64,000 nt of DNA from Amoebophrya sp. A120 (Eukaryota > Protista > Dinoflagellata): the NCBI GenBank assembly GCA_905178155.1, contig CAJINV010000003.1, positions 11,929,426-11,993,425 on the forward strand, in the 5' to 3' direction. Each line of letters opens with the position of its first letter. Position 1 is the stretch's first letter. The notes below the pieces were generated by a model that was not told the DNA's origin, ran no database searches, and was given only the letters and a program-made list of their open reading frames with translations. The position numbers and the translations under genes are program-made. Below are positions 12,121-24,500 of the stretch, in pieces.

Positions 12121-14531
12121 GCGTTGCATTCTGATTCATCATCTTCTCTGCATGATACGACCCAAAACGTATTCCGGGTCGGATTTATGAACAAAACGTC
12201 CTCCCACCTCCGTGATGACCAATCTTTATTAGCTCTATGTGAAGTTGTTCCACGCGACACTGCTGAGCACTTTCTCAAAGGTTACAACTCTCTGATGAGG
12301 GGTAGATCCGTAGTTGGGGAAGAATTTTTCAGCGTGCGTCTGCATGAAAAGCTGCGCTCCGCTAGTATTTCCAGAATCATCCGCGTCACTTCCGCGTCCA
12401 CGAAAACTGTGATGAATGATTGATATTAGCTCTATGTGAAGGCGAAAGCTTTCGCCAATGAGCAAAGTACTCAATAAGGTTACAACTCTCTGATAGCTAG
12501 ATTGGCATTTGTGAGGCGGGAAGCACAAGAACGAGCTGAATGTGCGTTCTGTGGTCGTGCATTAGAAACACAGCATGATGAACGAATTTTTGATAACTAT
12601 CAAGCTCAACAGATCTGAAATCTTGCGTTGACGATAGTTTAAAACAGTCTTCTTTCTCCGTCTGAAAACTACATGCTTCTTTCAACATGCTCGACCGCAT
12701 TGACAGGGTTATCAGCTTTTCACGCACAACAGATCTGTTCGTATTTTTCCATGGATGCAATGTTGCGCATACTTTGATTTTCCTCTTGCGCAACGACTCC
12801 GAGCCCTTGTCGAGCACCTAACTCAATTTCTATGGTGTTTCGATTTCGGTAGCATCCCAGAACAATTCGTGAATTCCGGTTGAGGATGAAATACTTTTCG
12901 TTCTCCCGAGTAGTAGCTCGCCCTTCATATTCCTTGTCGCGGTAGGTGCACGAATGTTGGGTCTAGCGCTCTTTTTCGACGCTCTTCTCGATGGATCGTG
13001 CAGGGTCGCGGTTGCGGCCAAACTACCGGGTCAAACCATGGAGGGAACATACAATCTAGCAAGAATTTTCGCATCAGATACTTCAGAATGAAGTAGGAAT
13101 TCCCACACATGACAGATTTTCCAATTCAAAATATCAACCAGGAAATCCGAATGGCAAACGGGCGTGAAGTCCCGGCAGCGAGGGGCGAAATACGTGACAT
13201 GATGACACTTTTTCATGCGCGTCAACTGAGGAAGGCTGGGGTTGGAATTTGGTTTGTGGAGAGGTTCTCCGCAGATCGGATTCTCTTTCTTGGTCTTCCC
13301 GTGTGATGAATGCTGAAACAAATCCATTTAAAGTTTGTCTGACTGCGACAAAGCCCTACACTCCCCCGAGTCTCCACTGGTCTACGCCTCGTGCCCATCC
13401 GGACACGGAGGCTGCAACGCGGTCGCCGCGCACAAACCGGGCTGCGCACTGCGGCAGCTACAGGCGGACGCCAGCGCGGGCGGAAGAGACGATGGATTGC
13501 TGAAGATTAGGAGCGACAGACTGTTTGGAAAAGGGGATGAGAGTGGGTGAATGCACTTGGTGTGTTATGTGCTCGATGATAACTGTTAATGGGGGGTTGA
13601 AAGACGTATCAATGATCATCCTTCCTTGTAAGAATTAGTTCAGCATCTCGCTTGGAGCAACCCCATGCGATGTCTGTTCTTTGAGCAAAAGATAGTTGTG
13701 GAATCGCGCAGGAGTATGAATATTGTATGATTTGGTCTTCCTCCACTGCGATCGCTGCCTGTCAGTCGTCGAGTCTCGCGCTTTTTTTCCTGCTCGCGAG
13801 AATGTAATGGTAGTGTCATGACTCCAAGAAGAATCAGATGTCACATCGCTCGCTGAGGCCTGCGGTTTTATGCCCTTCTGCAGCGTCCTCCCATGTACAA
13901 GTCTGCTGTCATTTCAATGCACGCACCCGCGATGGAACGGGAAGTAGTTTTTCAAAAGACAAAAGGGACACGTGCCCTCATGGGTCGTGTCGTCATGATT
14001 TTGCACACAAGGAGCGTGTGCCGATTGGTTTGTCATGATGGGTGTTCGTTTCTACTTCCTTGCAGACCCGTTCTAACTCTGCCTCTGTCAACATGCAGAG
14101 ATCGACCTCCACACTACAATGATGACGAAGAAGTTTTACTGTATCAGGATACGGAGTTTCCGTTTCGACGGAACATGCCGATAACCTACTTCTGCTGCCT
14201 TCCGTCTGATCATACCAACATACTTTCTTTACGTACATAATCGTACACAGTGCATATATGATACACACAGAGGTGGTTAAGATGGAAATCTCCCCCTCCA
14301 ATGAAGCCCGTGGTCGTTCAATAGTTACTGCGTTTCTTTCTGTGCGTGTTGCAAGAGCGAATTTTGAGCGTCATCAAAGCTGCGAGAGAGCAGGTTCGTG
14401 GTTGGATTTTCATTTCCGGCTGTAGGCGTTTTCTAGTGCCATGGTATGGAGATACTCACTTTTTGATGTGTATGCGTCAATGCCGATCTGGAGCTTTGAC
14501 TTAAGATCGAGCGCAGTACTTGTATACCAAG

Positions 14532-16820
14532 ATGAACATGAACAACATGAACTCGCCCATAACCCCTCGCTCGAAGTTCCTCGAGTACAAGTCCCTTGTC
14601 CAAGACGATGCTTCTTTTTCCCGGCGATACTTCGTGCCGCCGAATCCGAAACTTTCCGGCAACAACGGGGTGCCGATAAACCTCCGCTACCACACGGATA
14701 ACGTCACGGACGTGCGGTGGGTGTCGGACTTTGAATGCCTCACCTGCAGCATTGACTCCACGTTGTGCAAGTGGAACTTGGTGGAAGCTAGTGAAGCAGA
14801 TAATGAGAACGGAGCCGGATCGTCTTATCCGAATAGTCCAACCGCGGTTTCCTCTCCGGACTCAGCAGCCTACTTCGGAGCCGGCGGTGGAGGATTGTCG
14901 CCAGAGAACAATAACAGCAATCCGCTTGTTGGTGGTACTATGGCTTCTCTAGGGACTAATAACAATCAACAAACGAGTAACTCAGCCGCGGCGCAGATAA
15001 ACCTCGTCCCGGTGAAAACGGTTTCTGACGCGTCGGCAGAAGGTGTCTACTGCGTGGACGTGATGGGGAAGACCATCGCGACTGGGTCGAGCGGAAAGCA
15101 GCTGAAATTATACGGGCTAGACGAGCTGGATTCCCTTGCGAGTTTGGACACGGAATCGGCGGTTTACGCCGTGCGGTTTCGCGACCCACAGTTCCTGGTT
15201 TGCGGCACGAAACTGGGCTGTTGTATGTTTTTCGACCCGGCGAGCGAAGCGTGCATCTCGCAGATCGAGGGGCTGCACAAGTCCGTGTTGCAAAGCGTCG
15301 ACTTGTCGGAGAACAATGGGGTGCTGACGGGAGGGAGTGATGGTAATTACGAATTGATGGTCATGGAAATGTTTACCGGGAGATGATTTACAAGGTGAAG
15401 AAGTGTGCGTTTGCTCTGTCTTCGCTGAGGAGACATGCATTGTATCTGTTCGCAAATTTTGCACCTCTTTGTACTGACGCAAGATGATAGCAAAAAACCC
15501 TCAAGGTAAAATCTACCTCGTCGACCCTCGTGCGCAGAACTGGTCGCCGGCGAACTTTAGCTACGTGGCAGTTGAAAAAACCGCGATTTACGCCGTTCGG
15601 TGGTGCGCCAACCCGAACTATTTTCTCTCTTCCGGCGACAATTACTGCATTTCGCGGTGGGACGTGCGCAAAATGTCCACGCTCTCGCGCCGCCGCGGGG
15701 AGCAATCCGTGGTGACGAACTACTTTGGGCACAGCTCGGACGTGCGCTGTTTAGAGATGCTGGGCGAAGATTATTTTGTGTCCGGCACGGCGGACGGGTC
15801 GCTTCGGATCTGGCCCGTGGACGAGGTCGGGGCGATTCAGGACACGCTCGTGCAGAACGATTTCCAAATCGAGAAGGCCGAATCGGACCGTGCGGAGATC
15901 GAAGTCAACGTGGTCGCCCACGCGCACAGTGAGCCGGGGCGGAAGAAGGTGCAGAAGAACCTGGAATTACTCCACGATTTGTACGACCGCACGTTTGAGC
16001 TGCAGGAAATCTACAGCGAGAGGTCCGTATCAAATGCAAAAATGTCTGGGTCTGGAAACTTGTGATGCTGTGTGGCGTATCATGAGGAGGCGACAATTGC
16101 TGGCTCAGCATAGCAAGCTTCTGAGCTTCTAAGTGTTGCCTATTCTGCATGACAAACTACGTTTCTGCATGACAGAAAAGTAGGGCTCTTTGGTAATGTG
16201 CATGACAGAATTAAGAGTCATGCCAGACAAGCATGACAAACTTGCATTCTTCCAGACCCAGACACTTTTACTTTTGATAGTCCGCCTTGCAGTGTCTCCA
16301 AGCGACCTACCAGCTGGATGCGCACAGCTCTATCAAATGTAAAAATGTCGGGGTCTGGAAGATTCTGAGACCTGCCATGCATGTTTTGCATTGGCCATGA
16401 TGTCTGTGGTGCATGCCCTAGCATCACGGATTTTTTGAGGGCTTCGCGATGCCTACTCCGCATGACAAATGCCCTCTCCGCGTAGCAAAAATTGCATTCC
16501 CTTTGCTGCTCATGCAATGCAGATTTTTTTGGAATCCAAATTCAGCATCACAAGTTGCATCCTTCCAGACCCAGACACTTTTACATTTGATAAGCTCGCT
16601 GGTGTGCGGATTGTCGGCGAGGAAGTGTCCGCAGAGCAACCACTGGAGAATCCTCACCTCCTCGGCCGACCAAACGGTGAAGCTGTTTCGCTTGGCAAAC
16701 AAGCTAGACAAAAATCGGCATGTCCGGTGGGTGACGCAGTACAGTTCCACGCCGGCCTACGACAACTTCGGATTTCGCGACACCATGGGAAGGCACGACT
16801 CGCTGACCCGGGTGTACTGA
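14532..16820 (+). CDS. WD40-repeat protein (exons 14532-15342, 15506-16027, 16285-16330, 16598-16820; about 533 aa)
   Basis: WD motifs HTDNVTDVRW...TCSIDSTLCKWN, GHSSDVRCL...VSGTADGSLRIWP, HSSLV...ILTSSADQTVKLF. One GT-AG intron and two introners; summed exon length is 1602 nt, in frame. Confidence 0.9.
16028..16279. mobile_element. Introner, ~30-bp TIR, perfect 5-bp direct repeat GTCCG
   Basis: GTCCG|TATCAAATGCAAAAATGTCTGGGTCTGGAA...TTCCAGACCCAGACACTTTTACTTTTGATA|GTCCG. Confidence 0.95.
16331..16592. mobile_element. Introner, ~30-bp TIR, perfect 5-bp direct repeat AGCTC
   Basis: AGCTC|TATCAAATGTAAAAATGTCGGGGTCTGGAAG...CTTCCAGACCCAGACACTTTTACATTTGATA|AGCTC. Confidence 0.95.
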
Positions 16821-18523
16821 GAAAGGGCCTAGGGTAGAATGTTGTGCTCAGCAGGTCGGAAATAGCACGAGGCATGTAAACTGGAGTTGGCATCATAGTA
16901 CACATAGAAATTTCAATATTTTCAACTGAAAGAAAGGGACCAGAAAGATCAACGCTGTATTCTTGTTGTTGACGTCAAGCTGCTCAAATATTTTCAAGGT
17001 TTTGGTGTTGTCAGTGCAAAACTGAGAACATGTCATTTTTCGGATCGAAGAACGCGAACAAAAACAAAATTCAAGATGCTCAGTACTTATGCAAATCTTC
17101 AGGCATACGCATACAGAAGGTGTGTGGTACTTGTACCCTGCATATTCGTGTGTGATAGCAGTGCTCGCGTTTGGCGTTCCTCGTCGATAGTGTGATCGGT
17201 CAGTTTCGCTTTCGATGTAGTGTAGCAATATGCAATTCCTAGATGTTGCGACTGCCCTTTCGTCGGTCTGCCCGTGTCTGCCATTTTGAAAAAACGAATT
17301 TGAAACCGATGAGTCATTATTTCGTGGTCAGCAATGTCGTCCGCGGACAAACGTCGTTGCATACCGCGTGGTTTTTGCCAAGTCCTCCTTAAGCTTTAAG
17401 GTAGTGTTTTGAAAGATCCAGAAAAATGAGGGCTCTCGTCCTAGCTGAAGACGAACAAAGCTTGTTTTTCTTTTAGAAAGTGGCTCCCTTACCTTTAATA
17501 TGTAAAGATCCAGAAAAATGGAGAATCCCGCCCATTCTAGACAGGAGCAGAAGGGTCAGCAAGAGAGTGCTTTACTACTTCTTTTTTCCATAGTGCACTT
17601 CTTTCTCGATTAGCTTTGTTTTCTCTTTTAGTATTTGTGCTTGTTGCTTTACTTTTTTTTCCTTGCTATAATCTCTTCTAGTTCTATCTATCTCGTAGTT
17701 GTAGGTCACTGCTATTTTTTTTCCTCTTCCATTGCCATTGCGGTTTTCACCATTGCCAATGCTGATTTTCGCTGACTTTTTGTCATACCACGCCTCACGT
17801 ACACCATTAGAAGTGTAGCATTGGCGTCGGCCGCAAAAAAAAGTCGGTCGGTTTCGACCGTGGACACGCGCTGTAGCCGAAACTTTGCACTCTTAAAGTT
17901 CTGGAACGCCGCCCCGCAGCCAAGCCAAGCCAAACTTTTCTGATTCTGATTCTGATTCGGTGGTAGTGTAGCTACTTATGTACGAAGGTGCAGTTCGGTC
18001 GTGAGCAACAAGGAGCAATGATTCCAATAGACGTGCCGCAGCCACGACACCTCCCGGTTCCAATTCGGTCTTCGTGCAAAGCATTTCTGATTTTGCTTAT
18101 GGCTTAGAAAGTCTAGTGCTCCTCGGTAAGAAAAAGCAATATTCGTCGGTCCTCGTCTTTGCACTTTGATGTGTCCGCGCAGTTGAACTTAACTTGATAG
18201 CAGTGGAACAAATCAGTGCGGCGTTTCTAGTGTGAAAGAAACCAAGCAGTGAATACTTATTTCTCACCACCACCACCAGGTTTGTAACAAACACTCAAAA
18301 GCTTCATGATCCCATTTCTACAACTAGTGTCAAGGAACTTCTTTACAACGACCCTGTGCGGAGCAGCTCCTTTTTGACTTCTCCGCAGCAGTATATTCTA
18401 AGCCTACACGGACGTTCCATTATCATGTTGTCTCGAATTCGACCCATCCCATCTGTTTGTTGAGTTAGACGTGCTACTTTACATCAACGCTTTTGTCCTT
18501 CCTAGCACGTGCGACGGAACACG

Positions 18524-21500
18524 ATGTCTTCGTCCCGCCACCAGCGGTACTACGAAGAAGATCACGAGACGGAGAGCGGGAGCTACGGCTACGAGGAGGA
18601 CTACGAAAACGAGGCGTACGATCATCGCGAGAAAAATTACTACAAAAACCACGGCAAGTACTACCAAGACGAGGAGTCGTACGAAGACGATGGCTCCTAC
18701 AATGGATTCGATCACGACGAAGCCTACGATGACTACGTAGCCAGTGCAAAAAATTGTATGGTGCACCATCAGTGAGAGTGACAGTGAGGAGAATTAGAAT
18801 AGATAAATGGATGTCATAAGTAGTCATACATAGCGCGCCGGAATGAGAAGATTCCCTGAAAGGTGGAGCAGCTGCCAATACTCGGGGCGCTCAGCCATCA
18901 TTCATTAGTGACGTTTCCTGCACGCCGCCGGATGATTGTTTTTTGCATTCCTCGAACCTCTGAGCCTCGCAGGTGAATATCGCATAATTTCGTTCTGTAG
19001 CACGACACTGAGTGTAGCTGACCAGTTTTTGCACAAGCTCCATAAGGAGAAAACTACTACGATTCCGCCTATCTTTCGCACCACGTCGGTGCCGAGCACT
19101 ACCCCCGCGTCGCGGCCCGGCCGGCCAAATCGCCCAAGCCCTTCCGAGCCAAGAGACGAGACGGGGAGGGCGAGGCGGCGCCGAAAGCCATGCGACCCTC
19201 CAATCGGCCCACGGGGGTGGAGGTGGAGCAGGAGGAGGAGGAGCAGGAGGAGGAGGGGATTGAACTTGCGGAAGTGGTGCCGGCCGGGAAGCCGAAAATA
19301 CCTCGACTGTCCCCGGAGGGGGCGCGGGTAGCGAAAAAGAAACGGGGAAAGAAGAGGCAACAAGAATGGGAAGACGAGGAGTTATCGGTTAGAAATACTG
19401 ATATGTCTGGGCCTGGAAAATTCTAGAGGAATTTGTATTATCATGGAGAAAAAGAGCGTGGTTTTCATGACCGGCTTTTAAAGGGACAATCTATGTTTTC
19501 GTCCAAAAAGGCAGTTTGCAATGCGAGCTACGGTGCACCATGAGAAAAGGTCAAGAAAACCTGTCATTTCAGACTCGTCGTCCACACTTCAGCATCGCAG
19601 GTTTCCAGGCGCAGGCTAATGTTTGCAGTGGATAGCAGGAGTACGGCGAAGACGACTACGACGGGGAGGACTACGAAGACGCACGACGGGAAAGGCACCA
19701 GAAAAAACGCAAGCAGGGCCGGCGGGGACATGGAGGAGACTCGGAAAACGCGTTCCTCATCTTTGGTGCAAATCCATTGTACGTTGGGTTGGCGGGACTG
19801 ATTATTGTGGGTCTGATCGTCGCCATCATTGTCGTGGCCACCAGTTCTGACGAGAGCGATTCCAGCACAGCCCCCGCACCGGCCCCCGCGGCAGGCAGTG
19901 GCAGTAGCAGTTCTCCGAGTCTTATGGAAGTTCACAACTGCCGGCTTTCCTCGTTTTCCTTTTCGTCATTTTTATTTGTGCACCTACACGACCAACACGC
20001 CAGCAATGATGCAGCTTGCGCTTCTGTAATAGCGCAAGTCTACACATTGTTCGTGAAGTACCGGTCGGTAGTATAGTTTCCGAAAGTTGTCGTGCTCGTG
20101 TGCACTGAATGCAAAAAAGCAGCGTGTGGACTCGGCCTGTGGCATGACAAACGTGCGAGGGTGAGGGGAGGTTGTTGTGCACTCTGATAAGCCCGAGCCC
20201 AAGTACACCATCTCCGACGCCAGCAGCAGCAACTCCGACCCCAGCAGCGACCCCAGCAACTCCGACCCCGACTCCGGTCGCCAATCCCCCCGTGGCTGTA
20301 TCAATCGCAAACCACATCATGATCCTCGATCTGGGAGGTCATCCGCTATGCATCGGGATACAACTACAGCGGCTAAAAATAACGACTGTGTTTTCGTTCT
20401 AAAAAGCATGCGAAACATCAAGCGTTTGCCTTAGGACATCTCGGTTTGAGGTTCCTTTGCCTTGTTTATTGGTTTCCTTTCATTTTGTTGAATTGACGCC
20501 GTTTTTTCTGTACGGAAAAAAAGGAATGATATCGCAACGTAGTCTTACTGAGGGGGGGGAGTATGCAGAAATTAATCGCGTAGCCGCTGGGACAGTCGGA
20601 TTGCATACGGCAAAAGCAAGTACTTTAGTATGATCAAATAAGCGCACTACGATTGATTGTGATTTCTCCTAGAGGTTGATGTAGATCGATGATGGAAGAT
20701 TTGCGCTGCATAGCCCGGGAGCGGGTTCGACAAGGCGCCGCACTGGTTCTACAAGAGCTACTTCATGTGCACCGCCGCCGATGCGCCCGACGACAAGAAG
20801 TGCGCGCCAAGTGTTATCCTACGTGGAAATTAATCGTGATAGATCAACATCACGTCGCACAATGCGCTTCCGATATAGAATTTCTCCTCTTCGAAGTCCT
20901 TCAGTCTTCCCGACCGTTGTTGAGGTGGCGCGCGCTGTTTTGCAACTTTTCTTTGCACGACCGATAAACTTTTGCATCGACAGTTGTCCTTAATTCTGCT
21001 TGTGCGCTCGCTCCGTCTGGTAAACATTCGGTGATGAAGAGACACCTATCATCGAAGCGCTGAGCTGACAAGACAATGACAACATTTTTGACTCAGCAGG
21101 TCTACACGACCTACTGTCTGCGGCTTCAGGCATTTCTTGCGCAGATATTAACCCATTTCTCGAGTTTAAGGAACAAAAGAAAGCGAATTTATACAGCATC
21201 CACAAAGAAAATGTAGAGTACTTTTCACTGAGGTGGTCTGCGGGGCGGCGAAGATGCTGCGGATGATGTTGATTCTACATGATTTTCAGTTCGATACTTT
21301 CCGACTGGCCCGCCTGCGGAGGCTCTTGGCATCCGGAGTAGATCTTCTTGAAAGCGCTTTTGTTCTTTTGTGTGCGTCATGCTCTGTGTCGGTTGCCCGT
21401 GGTTCTTATGCTCTCTCATGCGCATGCAGCCCCTGGTGAACATGAGTATGTATTCACGAAAAACAAAAATCATTTTTAGCACAATCAAAATCTAAGGTAC

Positions 21501-24500
21501 TGCCAGGAGGCGGAGAAGCAAACCTGTTCCGCGATGTATTCCTTGCAAATATGTCTCGGTCGGGAAAAGTGCAAACTTGTGATGCGTGTTGCGGACGATC
21601 ATATAAAAGTCTGTATTGCAAGACTTCACAAAACTCGGCCATTTCTGGCCATGCTGCAACGGCCATTTCGCATGCAGAAGAGGCAGTAACATGGGGCTGC
21701 AGAACGTCTCATAGTAAGCCCTGCATTCCTGACTTGGTGGAGCTTGGGATGATTGAAAAACTGCATGATAAATCTGAAAATTTTCCAGACTCACCAGACC
21801 TATTTGCATCGTTGATACGATGGGCACCGCGACGATGAAGCCCACGCCGACGGGGGGGAGCGTGGGCGACAAGCTCGACTCTATGGGTGGATACGGGTTC
21901 ATGTGCCCGCACTTGATGCTGGGTTCCTCCGAGCTCCTCGCGGCTGCCCGAGCCGACGGCCTGGACCCGGACGTGCACGCGTACGGCGTGGCCACGATGG
22001 ATGAACTAAAATGCGGGCAGTGCGCGGAACTGGAGAACACGGAGCCGAAGCTGAAGCTGGCGCCGAAGTTGACGGTGCAGGTTTTTAACACCGTGGTATT
22101 ACAATGAAAAATGCCCCCACGACCCCATAGCCTGGTGACGGCATTTGTATTGCAAAACCTTTCCAATGGAAACATTCCCCATCTTGCATGTTTCAGCATC
22201 GGAAACTTTTAATTATGCGGAACAACTACAATTTGTGTTGCGCGAGAGCCCAGGAGCAGCCGGGCCTGTCATATAAAAAGATGCCTGACTCGCCTAGATT
22301 CTGCATCAGAAACACTCATGTAGTCCTTTCATGCAAGACAAAAAGTTTTTCATTTGGAAACTTTGCATCGCATATTTTTGCAACGTCCGGGGTCGTGAGG
22401 GCATTTTTCCTTATGATACGTGGCCGACCACGTTGATGTCTACATGGCCGGAGGCGGTTACGGGGCCCACAACGGTATGCTTTGGAAGAAAAGCACTTGC
22501 ATGTTGGTGTGTTCCAGGGCGGAGTAGACGATGCGCAGAAGCCGTGCGGCTTCTACCAGTAGCGACGAAATATTGCGGCAGGACCTTTTATTTTCGCTAG
22601 ACAATTATTTTTTGTCCCCATGTGAGATTCTTGGCTGCGTTTGTCTACTTCAAGAAAGAGATTTTTGTAAAACTCGAAACTGGAGTTGTGGTTGCCTTGT
22701 TGTTGCCACAGAACCCATGTTCTATTCGTCACCTCTGCCGAACACGCCGATAAAACTTGCATAATTTTTCTACTCCATACCCGGTTGTTCGGAGTCCAAC
22801 TCCCAGGTCAAGAGCGGCACGCCAAACACAGGCTATTTCTACGAGAAGCACGTGTCGCATATGAGAGTTCACATCTCCCCCTCTCCCTCATTTGTGCCGC
22901 AAAATACGAAAAAACGCACGTCTTGCCTCTAAACACTGTCCGCGTGGCGACAAATGTTGGATAATTTTCAAACAGTACTACAATTTTTATCCGTGTCCAG
23001 ATTTGTTCTTGTCATGCGGAAGCAACATGATTTCTGCCGTTGCTTGTGGTGCTACTCGAGCTTTCTAAATGCGGGCGGAGGGGGAGTTGTGCACTCTCAT
23101 TGCGCACTCGGAATTTATGGACCACCTGAATTCGCTGCCCGAAAAGGACAAGATTGTGGGTCCGGGGAGTCTGGACCTGGACCAGGCCATATCAAAATGA
23201 AAAAATCCCCCACGACGTCTCCACATTGAAATGGAAACCTCTGTTGCTGAATTTGTGTACACGAATCTCCGGCTTTGTTGTATTTTAGCAAGGGTCTGGA
23301 GGCATTTTCAGAGCCTGTTTGGGTCTGTAGAAGGTTTTTAGAAATTAAGTAGTACCAGACACCCTTCATAAACAAGTACGCAAAAGTGCATTGCGACAGA
23401 TTGGCTGTAGAATACGGCAGATAAAAAATAAACCAGCATCATAACTTTGAGGTTGGAGAGGGGAGATTTTTCCATACGATAGGCCATTGCGTGGGGCGGG
23501 GGAATTCGGGGCGGGAAGACTTACGCGGACTGCATGCGCGCCTGCACGGACACAGTTGCTCAGTGCCGCAGCAGCTGCCAGCTCCCCAAGGCGGGATGCT
23601 CGGGGAGCACCGAATTCATATCACGTGCAAAATTTTTGCTGCTCTGCGTGATAGTACAAGAGCTGTGCGAGAAACAGACTATGCTGGTGTCAATCTGTGA
23701 CGCAGCTGAAAAAATACTTGCAACACAGTTAGACTTAGATCTGTCAGGCCGGACATTCTTGAGTAAATTGTAAGTGAGAACCCCAGCGCTTGATGAAAGG
23801 CACTGTCACAACGTATAACTAGCGGCGCAGGACAAGCTTTTCTTTTAGTCAGGGAGAACCAACTACAGGTTTGTGATGGTCTGTTGATATTATTTGGTAT
23901 TTCCGGCCCAACATATCGATCAATAGCGAAACGAGGCTAAGCGCTGCCAGCTAACGGGAGCGACACCGCTGTAGGGGCAACAGCGCGCGCCGGGCGCGTG
24001 TTGTCGTTTCTTTGGCGTTGGGAGTTAATCTCCACCCGCCTCGATGCATGGATTAGCGAGCGCGCCGCAGCTGCGACGCACGGCAAAACGCAGCCGGCCG
24101 ACAATGCCGCCCTGCGTGCTCGCAGCGACCCAAGGTCGCTGCAAGCTGGTGCCGTGGCCGCAACTGCTGCGTGCTCGCTGGTCTGGCGTCGCCCAATCCC
24201 CCAAAGCTGTGACAGCTAACCTCGCGCACATGTCGCGAATAATGCCAGCAGCGGTTAACTTCTCTCAAACTGTTTCTCGGTGGCGAGGAAGAGGACACCA
24301 GCGAGAGCACAAGAAGTTTTGCCAACGTGCATAATTCTGCATTCTCGACCCCAGCAGCTGCGAACACGCGTTCCGAGGACATTCTCAGTACGTGACTGAC
24401 AAGGCCATCGAGTCCTGCAAATGGAGCTTCAACCACGACCTGCACTGGAACCGTGACATCAAATACAAGGTGGTGGCTTGCCCTGCGAGTCTTGTGCAAC

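Noticed and set aside
10095-12495. Repeats resembling a CRISPR array (10095-10471; about 12228-12495)
   Set aside because: Only two copies each, long units, no spacer pattern or cas genes, and a eukaryotic context.
12800-13560. Possible extra exons or a separate small gene
   Set aside because: I could not determine strand, frame or junctions with confidence.
20815-20966. Shorter introner ending at CCGATA (20966)
   Set aside because: It leads to a stop after seven codons; the end at 21296 pairs better (ATCAACATCA) and keeps the frame.
23352-23386. Possible small exon YQTPFINKYAK followed by a GT-AG intron
   Set aside because: It lies inside the 23190-23481 introner, which has a clear TIR and a perfect GGCCA repeat.
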